A stretch of 59,775 nt of DNA, counting the filler. It is 6 parts of 6 records of this genome, joined end to end, with 100 filler letters (N's around TTAATTAATTAA, not from the genome) between each part and the next. Parts side by side here need not be neighbours in the genome. Positions count along the whole stretch, not along the records: positions 1 to 7,786 come from SRR31156797_33450; positions 7,887 to 14,139 come from SRR31156797_33481; 4 more parts are not named here. One strand, given 5' to 3'. The notes beneath the pieces are model-generated. The model was not told where the DNA came from. It saw only the letters and a list, made by a program, of their open reading frames with translations, and did no database searches. The translations under genes and the position numbers were made by a program. Shown piece by piece: positions 1 through 10,072 of the stretch (positions are counted from its first letter, which is position 1; every line of letters begins with the position of its first letter).

Positions 1-2
1 CA

Positions 3-260
3 CCGCTTGTTGAAGGAGGGCTGATTGGAGCCACCCTGATGTGGACTTTTTTCCTGCTCCTGTATCGACTTGTTCGAAAAATCGGGATACCCAACCCAGG
101 AATCCCGGCTGCAATTATGTTTGCGTACCTGATGATTGCATGCGTCACGCACACGATTCACTTTACAAAATGGTTCTGGATCATGTGCACGGTCAGCATG
201 TTATGCGCTCAATATTCCACTCATCTCAAGGAGGAAGAACCGCTTCAACAGTATTCCTGA
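3..260 (+). CDS. C-terminal fragment of O-antigen ligase/polymerase (Wzy/WaaL-like) membrane protein, 5' truncated
   Basis: Frame open from contig start: PLVEGGLIGATLMWTFFLLLY followed by hydrophobic helices; E-G-G-L-I-G is typical of Wzy_C/O-antigen ligase tails; polysaccharide context. Confidence 0.6.
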   Translation, partial: PLVEGGLIGATLMWTFFLLLYRLVRKIGIPNPGIPAAIMFAYLMIACVTHTIHFTKWFWIMCTVSMLCAQYSTHLKEEEPLQQYS

Positions 261-409
261 TGCCCAAGACAGGGTTCATCGCCGTAACCGGGATAGATTC
301 CGAATCGACGAAGTGGACTCTTATCAACAAACCCACGCGATAGACAACAGGTTGTTTCCTTCGCTTCTTCGGGTTTTTCGACACCCCACGCTAGGAACAA
401 AACAGGCCA

Positions 410-1627
410 TTGAACACGACTTCGAGTAACAACCAGACCCTCGCTATCATCCATGGGCCGACCTGCGCACGAGATGGGAACACGATATACACTCACAATT
501 CCTTTGGACGAATCATCGAAGAGTTCGCCAGGCGTTTTAAGCGGATTCATTACTGTCCTTGTCTCGTTCCTGAACGGACGCCTCATCAGGATTACGCCGT
601 TCCAGAGAACGTGGTTCTATACCCCCTGCCGAACGCCCCCCAGGCATGGCAAGGGGCACTTCGTTTCCGTGAATTCGCCCGCGTATACCGGGAGGCGATT
701 TCCCAAAGTGATCTGGTATTTGTCCGCGGATCGCTCATTCCTGCAATCGGGTCACTGTACGCAACCTGCGCAAAACAGCGGAAACCCGTTTGCCACTGGC
801 TTGTAACGAACGCATTCAAACTGCTCCATACACACAACCGGGGTGGCTTCGTAAAAGACACCGCCGGGAAACTGTATACCCTGGGCTGGGAATGGTGTGC
901 ACACCGCGGCAGAGCGAAAGCGGATGGTTCCTTCCTGTGCAATGGGCAGGAAATCGCTGATCGGCATCCCTCTCCGGACACCCATTCGGTCGTTTCGACA
1001 ACACTGACAGATTCGGATTTTTTCTTCCGCGAAGACACTTGTCGAACCGATCCGATCCGGATCATCTGCCTTTCGTTCATACGTCCCGAAAAAGGGATTG
1101 AATACCTGATTGAAGCTTTTAATCAGATATCCACCAGTCGTCCGACCGAGTTGCACCTGGTTGGTTCCCGCAGTCGCTATCCAACATACCAGAAACGGCT
1201 GGATGACTTGATCAAAGAATACAATCTTGAACAAAAGATTCATTTCGCGGGAAATGCTGAGTACAAAGATGTCGGAAAACAATTTCAGAATGCCGACATC
1301 ATGGTCCTACCCACATTATCGGAAGGGACACCACGCGTACTTGTTGAAGCCAGAGCGAATTGTACTCCTGTCGTGGCGTCCGCAGTCGGCGGAATCCCGA
1401 CCAGCGTAACCGATGGGCATGACGGTCTCCTCGTGCCACCCAAACAGCCTGGTGAAATAGCAGGAGCCATCGACCGGATCATCCAGGATGGTGACTTGAG
1501 AAGATCACTGATCCTCAATGGCTATAACAGGGTAAAGAACTTTACCATCGACAAATTCGTAGATAAAGTATGTTCAGTACTTGAACAGAAGAACCAATCC
1601 CTTCAGGCGGGGAACTCAAACCGCTAA
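410..1627 (+). CDS. Glycosyltransferase family 4 (GT-B)
   Basis: RPEKGIEYL, LPTLSEGTPRVLVEA (E-x7-E), GGIP, DGLLVPP motifs. Confidence 0.9.
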   Translation: MNTTSSNNQTLAIIHGPTCARDGNTIYTHNSFGRIIEEFARRFKRIHYCPCLVPERTPHQDYAVPENVVLYPLPNAPQAWQGALRFREFARVYREAISQSDLVFVRGSLIPAIGSLYATCAKQRKPVCHWLVTNAFKLLHTHNRGGFVKDTAGKLYTLGWEWCAHRGRAKADGSFLCNGQEIADRHPSPDTHSVVSTTLTDSDFFFREDTCRTDPIRIICLSFIRPEKGIEYLIEAFNQISTSRPTELHLVGSRSRYPTYQKRLDDLIKEYNLEQKIHFAGNAEYKDVGKQFQNADIMVLPTLSEGTPRVLVEARANCTPVVASAVGGIPTSVTDGHDGLLVPPKQPGEIAGAIDRIIQDGDLRRSLILNGYNRVKNFTIDKFVDKVCSVLEQKNQSLQAGNSNR

Positions 1628-1644
1628 CGGGAGAAAGAATCACA

Positions 1645-2850
1645 ATGTCTTCTATCGACACAAAAAAACTGTCTCTCGGCATCCTATCGAGCGTTGGAGT
1701 ACAGAAATCGGAAAACGATCAATGGTGTACCCATTTTTCGTTTGGCCGGATCGTCGACGCCATGGCACCGCACTTGAAATCCATCCGGTATTCCGCCAAG
1801 CAATATCAGAAACCGCTGGCTTCCATGGATTACGTTTTCCAGGCGGACAACGTGGACGTCACTCCAAGCCCATTCTTTGCACACACCGCGGACGCACTGC
1901 GGAAACCGGGTGCTCTGAAAGACAGTTATGCCTCCGTGATTCGCGACTCTGACGTCGTTTTTGCGCGAGGAAATCTACCGTTTGCATACTACGCCCACAA
2001 CTATTGCGCGAAACAGAACAAGCCCATCGTTCAATGGCTGGTCAGCAATCCGATCAAACTGATGCAGGCGAGTGCTCGTTACGGGGGCCTGAAAGACAGG
2101 TTCGGAAGATTTTACACCCATATCGATGACTGGCTGCTGAGACGATCAGTGAACAGAAGTAATTCCGTTCTCCTGGTAAACGGATGTGAACTGGGAGATC
2201 TCTGGAAAAAGCATAATCCTGAAGTTGTGGTTTCCACAACGCTCATGGATAACGACTACCATGAGCGGGAAGACACATGCCAAGGGGACACGGTCCAACT
2301 GATGTTTGTTGGATTCGTTCGCCCGGAGAAGGGGCTGGAATACCTGGTTCGGGCACTTCCACTTATCCAGAGTCACAAGAACGTCAAATTAAAAATCATA
2401 GGCCCCAGGCAGGGCTATCCATCCGAGCTGGAAAAAGTGGATCGAATTCTGAAAGAAAGCGGATGGGAAGACCGGGTCGAATGGGCGGGCTACAAGTCCG
2501 GTAAGGACATGACAGACGAATTGGATGCTGCCGATATTTTCGTACTGCCCACATTATGCGAAGGCACACCTCGCGTTCTTGTAGAAGCCAGGGCTCGCTG
2601 CCTTCCAGTGGTTTCCACAACCGCGGGAGGAATCCCCAGCAGCGTTACCCATGAGCATGACGGATTGCTCGTTCCTCCCAAAAACCCAGAACAACTTGCC
2701 CAGGCTGTCAGCAGAATCATCAATGAGGATCAGTTCCGAAAACAGCTCATTCAAAACGGGTACCGTACAGTCAAGGAATGGAATGTCGACTGGTTTGCAG
2801 GCAAAATTATCGAAGGGATTGCAGAAGCTGTCAGCAGGAAGAGCCAATAA
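1645..2850 (+). CDS. Glycosyltransferase family 4, paralog of upstream gene
   Basis: RPEKGLEYL, LPTLCEGTPRVLVEA, GGIP, HDGLLVPPK; shares VVSTTL-x-D and REDTC with upstream GT. Confidence 0.9.
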   Translation: MSSIDTKKLSLGILSSVGVQKSENDQWCTHFSFGRIVDAMAPHLKSIRYSAKQYQKPLASMDYVFQADNVDVTPSPFFAHTADALRKPGALKDSYASVIRDSDVVFARGNLPFAYYAHNYCAKQNKPIVQWLVSNPIKLMQASARYGGLKDRFGRFYTHIDDWLLRRSVNRSNSVLLVNGCELGDLWKKHNPEVVVSTTLMDNDYHEREDTCQGDTVQLMFVGFVRPEKGLEYLVRALPLIQSHKNVKLKIIGPRQGYPSELEKVDRILKESGWEDRVEWAGYKSGKDMTDELDAADIFVLPTLCEGTPRVLVEARARCLPVVSTTAGGIPSSVTHEHDGLLVPPKNPEQLAQAVSRIINEDQFRKQLIQNGYRTVKEWNVDWFAGKIIEGIAEAVSRKSQ

Positions 2851-3965
2851 TGCCAAAAGACTCTACAATCCGTATTACTGCTGTTGGCGATCTGATGTTC
2901 TACGGATCTGTTGCAGAAGCCTTAACCAGCCATGAAGATCCTTTCTGGATTTTTGGAGACACACTGAAGGCGCTTAACAACTGTGATATTCTGTTTGGTA
3001 ATTTCGAATCACCGATCTCTGCACTCAAGAAGAATGAACCTGACGCTCCATCCAGATATGCCGCCAATCCAGGGGCAGCAAAGATCGTCAAAGACGCCGG
3101 CTTTGACGTTGTCAATCTCGCCAACAATCATATTTACGATTTTGGAAAAGAGGGCGTGGAGTGCACAATCCAGGAACTGAAAGAAGCCGGTCTGCCCCAC
3201 ATGGGAATCGGGACAACAGCACGAGAAGCTGCTGAACCGGCTATTATCAAGACTTCGAGCGGCATTTCCGTCGGCTTTCTAGGCTACACCACTGCCCATG
3301 TAGCCTGCGAGCAATCCCATGAATATGTCGCCTGCTTTCCCAATCTGAACCAGGTTGGGCAGGACATTGAAAAACTCAAAAAGGACGCTGACATCATCGT
3401 CGTATCGTGCCACACCGGAACTCAATACAACCATTACCCAGCCCCTGAAACGAGAAAGCTGGCAGAACACTGCATCAACAATGGTGCTCTTTTATTCCTT
3501 GGACATCATCCGCATGTATCCGGTGGAGTTGAGCAATTCAAGAACGGCTTAGCTGTTTACAGCCTGGGTGATTTTGTCACACCAGTCCACACTGAAGCAT
3601 GCCGACATACATATGCCATTGAAATTTCTCTTTCACCAGACGAGGTGCAAGAGTATTCCATCATTCCGTGTTATATTGAAGATGAAGGCAGAACGTCCCT
3701 TGCAACCGGGCAAGCGAAGCAAACCATTATCGACCTGTATGACGAAGTCAACCTCGCCATCAAGGAGGGGAAAAGCGATGCAAGGCATTTTGCGTTCGCA
3801 GAAGAAAATTTCTTCGGGCGTTATGTAACCAGCTGGATTCGCGAATTCAGATACGGTGGAATTAAATTTCTCATACGAAAAGTTTCGAACTTTCGTTATT
3901 ACCATTTTCAGTTACTGTTTCGGATCATCAAAGGAAAGATCACCGGCCTGTTTCGCCGGTCATAG
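2850..3965 (+). CDS. CapA/PgsA family (PGA_cap) metallophosphoesterase-like protein
   Basis: AVGDLM, GNFESP, NLANNHIYDFG, SCHTG, GHHPHV, YSLGDF motifs; start placed at ATG 2850 overlapping upstream TAA. Confidence 0.85.
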   Translation: MPKDSTIRITAVGDLMFYGSVAEALTSHEDPFWIFGDTLKALNNCDILFGNFESPISALKKNEPDAPSRYAANPGAAKIVKDAGFDVVNLANNHIYDFGKEGVECTIQELKEAGLPHMGIGTTAREAAEPAIIKTSSGISVGFLGYTTAHVACEQSHEYVACFPNLNQVGQDIEKLKKDADIIVVSCHTGTQYNHYPAPETRKLAEHCINNGALLFLGHHPHVSGGVEQFKNGLAVYSLGDFVTPVHTEACRHTYAIEISLSPDEVQEYSIIPCYIEDEGRTSLATGQAKQTIIDLYDEVNLAIKEGKSDARHFAFAEENFFGRYVTSWIREFRYGGIKFLIRKVSNFRYYHFQLLFRIIKGKITGLFRRS

Positions 3966-3983
3966 AAAGAAAGCTGAAGACCA

Positions 3984-4496
3984 ATGTCTCGTATTCTCAA
4001 ATATTGCTGGTTTTATTTCGTCATGTGGAGCACCTCCATTCTTCCCGACCTGAAGCCACTCATGCGACTCCGCGGCTTCCTGACTCGTCCGTGTTTCAAA
4101 AAGGTCGGAAGGAATTTCCAACTGGCCAGCGGCACACGCATATTTCACACGGATAAAATAGAAATCGGAAACGATGTGTACATCGCCAATTTCTGCTGGA
4201 TCAATGCATATGCCGGTGTCACCTTCGAAGACGAAGTCATGTTTGGTCCGTATGTTGTGGTCGTAACAGGAGACCACAGTTTCGAAAACGGTTCTGCTCG
4301 ATATGGCGCAGGCGTCAAATCCCCCATTCGTTTCGGGCGAGGGTGCTGGGTTGCGTCCCATGCGACGATCACCAAGGGTGTTACCGTCGGGGCAGGTTCG
4401 CTCGTGGCAGCCAATGCGGTTGCATCGAAAGACGTTGATCCGAATTCGATTTACGGCGGCGTTCCTGCCAGGAAAATTTCTTCTATCGAGCCATAA
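3984..4496 (+). CDS. Hexapeptide-repeat (LbH) sugar O-acetyltransferase
   Basis: IEIGNDVYIA, GRGCWVASHATITKGVTVGAGSLVAANAV, GGVPAR. Confidence 0.88.
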   Translation: MSRILKYCWFYFVMWSTSILPDLKPLMRLRGFLTRPCFKKVGRNFQLASGTRIFHTDKIEIGNDVYIANFCWINAYAGVTFEDEVMFGPYVVVVTGDHSFENGSARYGAGVKSPIRFGRGCWVASHATITKGVTVGAGSLVAANAVASKDVDPNSIYGGVPARKISSIEP

Positions 4497-4520
4497 GCGA
4501 AATCGCAAAGACAAAACACC

Positions 4521-6020
4521 ATGGGTCTGACCGAATCCATTTATTATCTTTCCCCTTATCCAGTTAAATGCTGGATGGCTTCCCGTTACGGGAAGAAACT
4601 GCTCAAGCTTAGATTTGGCGAGGAATACGAGGGAGCCAAGAAGGCTATCCGATCCCGAAACACCTGGTCCATCCAGAAGTTCCAGGGTTACCAACTGGAG
4701 CGCCTTCAGTCGCTGGTTCGTCATTGCGCGGCACATGTGCCTTATTATCGCAAGCTGTTTGCATCCATTTCACTCAAGCCTGGCGACATCCAATCCCTGG
4801 CTGACATTGAACGAATTCCAATCACAGAAAAAGACGTTTTTCGCTCCAACAGCCACGAGTTTATTGACGAGCGACTGGATCCTTCAACACTGATTTCCGA
4901 GTACACATCCGGAACCACGGGGACCCCCCTGTCCATTCTTCGTTCAATCAACGAAAACGCGACGGCATACGCCTACAACGCCATCCGACTCTATGAACAA
5001 ACATCATTCGAGCGGAACAAGCGGAAAATGGTAACGCTTTCCAGCAAGGCGGTTTGCAGCCAGACCAGAAAGACACCACCCTTCTGGGTTGTGAACAGAA
5101 CAGGGCAGCAAATGGTCATGTCCAGTTTTCATCTGCGTGAAGAAACGTATGAAACCTACATCGAAGAGATTCGCAGATTCAACCCGTATGCCATTGAAGG
5201 ATACCCCTCTTCGATTTACCCGCTTGCATACTGGATCATCAAGAAAGGCCTTCCGCCAGTTCCCGTGAAGGGTATTTTCACAACGGCTGAGAATTTATTC
5301 GAATCCCAGCGGGAAGTGATCGAAAAAGCATTTGAATGCCGCATCTTCGATCAGTACGGTTGCGCTGAACAAGTCGCATACAGTGCACAATGTACCCAGG
5401 GCAATATGCACTTGAGTCCGGACCATTCGATTCTTGAAGTCGTGGGACCGGATGACAAGCGAGTGGAGCCCGGAATCCCTGGAGATGTTATTGGCACAAG
5501 CCTGGAATCCTTTTCCCAGCCCCTGCTTCGTTTTCGCGTAGGAGACAAAGCGGTCTTAGCCAGCACGGATGAAACCTGCACATGCGGGAGTCCTCTTCCA
5601 CTATTGTCCCGTGTTCTTGGTAGAGCCGACGACATTCTGCTTCTGAGAGATGGACGACGAATGGGCAGGCTGATGGCTGTCTTTGGAGGAGCCACTGGTG
5701 TTCGCGAAGCACAAATCATCCAGGAAACCCTCGATGACATTTGCGTTCGCATCGTGGGCGATTCCACGTTTACCAGGAGCAGCGAACAGGCGATCATCAC
5801 GAACCTGAAAAAAAGCATCGGCAATGATGTAGCGATACGCATCGAGAAAGTTGCAGAGATTCCCCGGACCGCTTCCGGGAAAATGAAATTCATTATCAAC
5901 AGGATTCCGGACGACCTGAAGCAGAAACTGCTTGCCGGAACACAGCCTGACCAGTTACATAAAGAAATAGGGGCGGCTGCTCAAGATGCCCCGCAGAACC
6001 CGATAGGCGACACTAACTAA
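4521..6020 (+). CDS. CapK-like / phenylacetate-CoA ligase family adenylate-forming enzyme
   Basis: VPYYR, TSGTTGTP, GYPS, DQYGCAE, PLLRFRVGD, GRADD, IPRTASGK. Confidence 0.85.
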   Translation: MGLTESIYYLSPYPVKCWMASRYGKKLLKLRFGEEYEGAKKAIRSRNTWSIQKFQGYQLERLQSLVRHCAAHVPYYRKLFASISLKPGDIQSLADIERIPITEKDVFRSNSHEFIDERLDPSTLISEYTSGTTGTPLSILRSINENATAYAYNAIRLYEQTSFERNKRKMVTLSSKAVCSQTRKTPPFWVVNRTGQQMVMSSFHLREETYETYIEEIRRFNPYAIEGYPSSIYPLAYWIIKKGLPPVPVKGIFTTAENLFESQREVIEKAFECRIFDQYGCAEQVAYSAQCTQGNMHLSPDHSILEVVGPDDKRVEPGIPGDVIGTSLESFSQPLLRFRVGDKAVLASTDETCTCGSPLPLLSRVLGRADDILLLRDGRRMGRLMAVFGGATGVREAQIIQETLDDICVRIVGDSTFTRSSEQAIITNLKKSIGNDVAIRIEKVAEIPRTASGKMKFIINRIPDDLKQKLLAGTQPDQLHKEIGAAAQDAPQNPIGDTN

Positions 6021-6049
6021 AACACTCACCCAGGACTGGTTCGAATCGG

Positions 6050-7264
6050 ATGCATATTCTTTATATCCATCAACATTTTGCTCTCCCATCGGGAACAACA
6101 GGCACACGATCGTATGAGTTTGCGCGACGCTGGGTTCGTGCCGGCCATAAAGTCACGATCATCACAGGGCAATACGACATTGGAGGCTTGAAATCGAGCG
6201 GAAAGCCGATTGAGATTGAAGGCTTCAACGTCATTATTACCGGCACCAAATACAGCAACAAACAATCATTCACAGGGCGTGTTCTGTCTTTTCTCGGTTT
6301 TATCTGGAACGCGATTCTTGCAGGAATGCGGCAGAAAAATGTTGACGTCATTTTCGCAACCAGCACTCCTCTTACGGTTGGTGTTCCCGCGATGTTTCTG
6401 AAATGGCTCAAGAGAAAGCCATTTGTTTTTGAAGTTCGAGACCAATGGCCTGCGATCCCCATTGAAATGGGAATTATTCGAAACCCGTTGTTCAAATTCT
6501 TTCTTCAATGGTTTGAAAAGCGAATTTATTGCAGCGCCGCCGGAATCGTCGGTTTATCTCCCGGGATGACGGCTGGCGTCTGTTCTGTTCTCGGCCCACG
6601 CCGGACGGCCAAGAAACCGATGATTACAGTCCCGAACTGTTCCGACCTCGATCGTTTTCAACCAGGCCAGGACGGGCACCGGTTACGGCAGAAACACGGT
6701 TGGACAGAAAACATGCTCTTCATGCATGTAGGTGCGATGGGCAAAGCCAACGGGTTGGATTTCATTCTCGACGCGGCCAAGCAAGTCGAAGACAAGACGG
6801 AGATACGCTTTGTTCTGATTGGCGATGGAAGCGAAAAGGACCGGCTCGTCAAGAGGATGAAAGAAGAGCACATCGACAACATTGACTACCTTGGGCCTAT
6901 TTCCAAGCAGGAACTTCCCGAGTATTTCGCTGCCTGCAATGTAGCGCTCGTGACCTTCTCCAATTACCCGATTCTGGAGCACAACTCGGCGAACAAGTTT
7001 TTTGACTCCATCAGCGCAGGCAAACCTGTTCTCCTGAATTATTCCGGGTGGCAGCGGGAAGTTATCGAGCAATACAATGCCGGTTTTGCCGTGGACCAGT
7101 ACAACATGCCAGACTTTCTAGAGAAGATACACTGGTACCATGAGAACCAGGACAGACTGGCAGAGATCGGTAGGAACGCGCGAAAAATGGCAGAAGAGAA
7201 CTTCAGCCGTGACGCAGGTGCCGAACGAGTTCTGGAATTGTTAATGGAAGTCGCCAGGAAATAG
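6050..7264 (+). CDS. Glycosyltransferase family 4 (WbuB-like)
   Basis: YIHQHF, GTRSYEFAR, ATSTPLTV, FEVRDQWP, NSANKFFD. Confidence 0.9.
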   Translation: MHILYIHQHFALPSGTTGTRSYEFARRWVRAGHKVTIITGQYDIGGLKSSGKPIEIEGFNVIITGTKYSNKQSFTGRVLSFLGFIWNAILAGMRQKNVDVIFATSTPLTVGVPAMFLKWLKRKPFVFEVRDQWPAIPIEMGIIRNPLFKFFLQWFEKRIYCSAAGIVGLSPGMTAGVCSVLGPRRTAKKPMITVPNCSDLDRFQPGQDGHRLRQKHGWTENMLFMHVGAMGKANGLDFILDAAKQVEDKTEIRFVLIGDGSEKDRLVKRMKEEHIDNIDYLGPISKQELPEYFAACNVALVTFSNYPILEHNSANKFFDSISAGKPVLLNYSGWQREVIEQYNAGFAVDQYNMPDFLEKIHWYHENQDRLAEIGRNARKMAEENFSRDAGAERVLELLMEVARK

Positions 7265-7265
7265 G

Positions 7266-7786
7266 CTATTTCCTATCTGCCGAAACCACTTTTTCAATAA
7301 TCTCTGCAAGGCTTCCTGTCAGGGATTCCCTCGTAAACACGGTCGGGTCCTTGATCAGGAATGTATCCGTCGATGCGTTTTTCAATCCCTCGCGCAGCTT
7401 GAGAAGTGCTTTTTCGATCTCATCCTCACTTGTTGGCTCAGCCCTCAACCCAAACTGATAATCCTGCATCAGCGTATACAGGGCTCCTTTTCCCGTGAAG
7501 GCCAGAACCGTCCGATTCATGGCGATGTATTCGTAGACCTTGGCCGGGATATGCAAGTCATCCGTTTCTCCAGAACCGATCATCAACAGAGCGTGGCATT
7601 CGCCCATTTCTTTCAGAGCTTCTGAATATGGAATCGCAGAACGGGATTTAACGACGTCCCGAACACCGTATTGCTGAGAAAGTTCTTCGACGAGACTGTG
7701 CGAATTCCCGAAAAAGCGAAGTTCAATTTCATCGGATGACAACTCCTGCCTGTCAATCAGTTTCCTGACTACTGCAAACAAATGCG
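7266..7786 (-). CDS. Glycosyltransferase (GT4-like) C-terminal part, truncated at contig end
   Basis: IPYSEAL, IPAKVYEYIA, FTRESLT GT-B C-terminal motifs. Confidence 0.75.
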
Positions 7787-7886
7787 NNNNNNNNNNNNNN
7801 NNNNNNNNNNNNNNNNNNNNNNNNNNNNNNTTAATTAATTAANNNNNNNNNNNNNNNNNNNNNNNNNNNNNNNNNNNNNNNNNNNN
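7787..7886. other. Artificial contig linker (N-run, TTAATTAATTAA, N-run)
   Basis: Stops in all six frames flanked by Ns; base composition changes across it. Confidence 0.97.
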
Positions 7887-8101
7887 AATTTACTTGTGAA
7901 AAAACATCTTTCGTCCGTTTCGGCAATTGTGGACAAAAAAAATGTTTTTAAGAGTTCGTATTAATAATGAAAAACTAGTAAGTCTCTAATAAGACTGGGT
8001 AAAAATAAAAATCATGTTTCGCTTGAAAAAAGGTGGAATTCGGCGTACTATTTATAAAAATGAAGTTCTGATTTTAAATTCAGGTCTTTTGGAGAGAAAG
8101 A

Positions 8102-8974
8102 ATGATCTTTAAGAAAAAATGGGCACTCGTGCTGTCTGGCGGTGGCGCTAAAGGAATGGCTCACATTGGAGTTCTAAAGTATCTTGACGAGCTTGGAGTA
8201 AAGCCCGGACTTGTTGTTGGAACCAGTGTTGGAGCTATACTTGGCGGATTTTACGCCTGCGGAATGAGCGGCTTGGAAATTGAAGAGTTCATACTTGAGG
8301 AATTTGACTATCGGGATTATTTTGACATAAAAACCCTTCATCTGCCGGACAGTACTTTGACAAAGGCTCTTCAGGCAGGAGAAACGATAAGAAACCTCTT
8401 TACAAGGTCGGGTGTCGATTCGGGGTCTCGAATCTATCAGAAAGTCGTGGAGCTAACCAAGAGCAAGAACTTTGGTGAAGAAACGATCCCATTTCTTTGC
8501 AATTCTGTAGATATTGTAAATCATGAACATGTAATTCATCGAAAAGGTCTTATAGCTGATGCAATAAAAGCTTCAATTTCTGTGCCAGGCTTTTTCTCTC
8601 CTTGTGAAATGGATGGTCGACTTCTGGTTGATGGCGGAGTTTATGAGAATATGGCTGTCAGTGTGGCGCGCAAGGAAGGTTTTAGCAGCGTTATTGCGGT
8701 AAATTTAAACAATTATGATCCTGTTGATCTAGAAACCCTAAAGCATGGAATTGATGTGATAATTGAAGCTTTATTTGTTAATAGCAGGATAAGGAAAAGA
8801 GAAGGTATCCACAAGCCGGATCTGGAAATAACTGCAACTGATGGAAGGCGCTCAGAAGATTTTTCAAACCCTGGAGAGCTTATCCAGATGGGATATGATA
8901 GAACTGTAAAGTATAAAAAAAGGATAACTGAGATAACAGTTCCGTTTCTAAATTTTTTAAATAAAAAACAATAA
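8102..8974 (+). CDS. Patatin-like phospholipase (RssA/NTE family)
   Basis: LSGGGAKG, GTSVG nucleophile, DGG motif. Confidence 0.92.
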   Translation: MIFKKKWALVLSGGGAKGMAHIGVLKYLDELGVKPGLVVGTSVGAILGGFYACGMSGLEIEEFILEEFDYRDYFDIKTLHLPDSTLTKALQAGETIRNLFTRSGVDSGSRIYQKVVELTKSKNFGEETIPFLCNSVDIVNHEHVIHRKGLIADAIKASISVPGFFSPCEMDGRLLVDGGVYENMAVSVARKEGFSSVIAVNLNNYDPVDLETLKHGIDVIIEALFVNSRIRKREGIHKPDLEITATDGRRSEDFSNPGELIQMGYDRTVKYKKRITEITVPFLNFLNKKQ

Positions 8975-8985
8975 AGGAGGTCGTA

Positions 8986-9957
8986 ATGATCATGAAAAAA
9001 CTCGGTGTTGCGTTGTTTGCATCTGTTTTTCTGTTCTCATTTTTCTCATGCACAAAGTCTGAGCAGGAAAAGCCTGAAAAGAAGGTTGAGATCAAGGTTG
9101 AGAACAAATTTGACTGTGGAGTTTTCACTCCTCGCTGGGGTTATGGATACTGGGAAGATTGGGGAAAAGCAAATCCTGATAAATTTGAACCATGGTATGT
9201 TTCTGTAATTACCAAAATGGCAAAGATCTCCGGTGATGAAATTGAGGCTTGCTCTCATCTTGATAACTTCTTTATTGGTTTTTCAAAACTCAAGAATCTG
9301 GAAGCTTTCTCAAGAATGACACACCTTAAAATGCTTGATATGAGATTTTCACAGGGCATAAAAGACCTTAAACCTATCAGCAATGCAAAAGAATTGGAAT
9401 TCCTAAGTATTTGGAAAACCGCAGTAACAGATCTTACACCGATAGTAAAATTGCCTAAACTTAAAAGAATTGATGCAAAGATGACGGCACTTGAAGACAT
9501 TTCAATGCTTAAAGATATGAAGCAGCTTGAGTCGATTGATCTTCTTCAGACAAAAGTAAAGGATATCTCAGTATTTAAAGACCTTCCAAACATTAAAGAG
9601 ATCTTGATCTGCTCAACCCAGGTTAAGGATATTTCCATCATTTATCCAAAAGCGGATCAGATAACATATCTTGATCTTTGTAACACCCAGTTCAAGGACT
9701 TTGAAAGTCTTAGAAAGTTTAAGAATCTTGAAAGACTGAAATTATGGGGGCTTCCAATAAAAGATGCTTCACTATTTTCTGAAATGAAAGATCTTTATGA
9801 GCTTGATCTATGGAATACAAAGATAAAAGACCTTTCACCTCTTTTTAAACTTAAGAAACTTAAGAGACTTGTAGTCGTAGGGTTAAAAGTTGATAAAGAT
9901 CAGCTGGATACATTAAAGAAAAATAATCCGGGAATTGAGATCGTTGAAAAACTCTAG
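8986..9957 (+). CDS. Leucine-rich-repeat lipoprotein (internalin-like LRRs)
   Basis: Signal peptide with lipobox-like FFSC; about 22-aa repeats of the form LxxLxL-xxTxIxDLSxL; AAGGAGG RBS. Confidence 0.8.
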   Translation: MIMKKLGVALFASVFLFSFFSCTKSEQEKPEKKVEIKVENKFDCGVFTPRWGYGYWEDWGKANPDKFEPWYVSVITKMAKISGDEIEACSHLDNFFIGFSKLKNLEAFSRMTHLKMLDMRFSQGIKDLKPISNAKELEFLSIWKTAVTDLTPIVKLPKLKRIDAKMTALEDISMLKDMKQLESIDLLQTKVKDISVFKDLPNIKEILICSTQVKDISIIYPKADQITYLDLCNTQFKDFESLRKFKNLERLKLWGLPIKDASLFSEMKDLYELDLWNTKIKDLSPLFKLKKLKRLVVVGLKVDKDQLDTLKKNNPGIEIVEKL

Positions 9958-10044
9958 TTAGCAGATAGACTTTCCACAACAGTACTGACAATCGTTGTTG
10001 TTCTGTGTTGATCCTTCTGTTGTCTTAATAATTTTAGGTTCCAT
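9958..10044 (-). CDS. 28-aa Cys-rich putative RiPP precursor MEPKIIKTTEGSTQNNNDCQYCCGKSIC (not in ORF track)
   Basis: Hand-translated: ATG at 10044, TAA at 9958-9960; GGAGGA RBS at 10051-10056; co-oriented 74 bp downstream of RRE-rSAM-SPASM gene; 4 Cys in last 10 residues. Confidence 0.8.
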   Translation of the reverse strand: MEPKIIKTTEGSTQNNNDCQYCCGKSIC

Positions 10045-10072
10045 GGTAGCTCCTCCATCAAGTTACATTTAA

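Noticed and set aside
260-343. 27-aa ORF MPKTGFIAVTG overlapping the upstream stop
   Set aside because: No recognisable features or supporting context.
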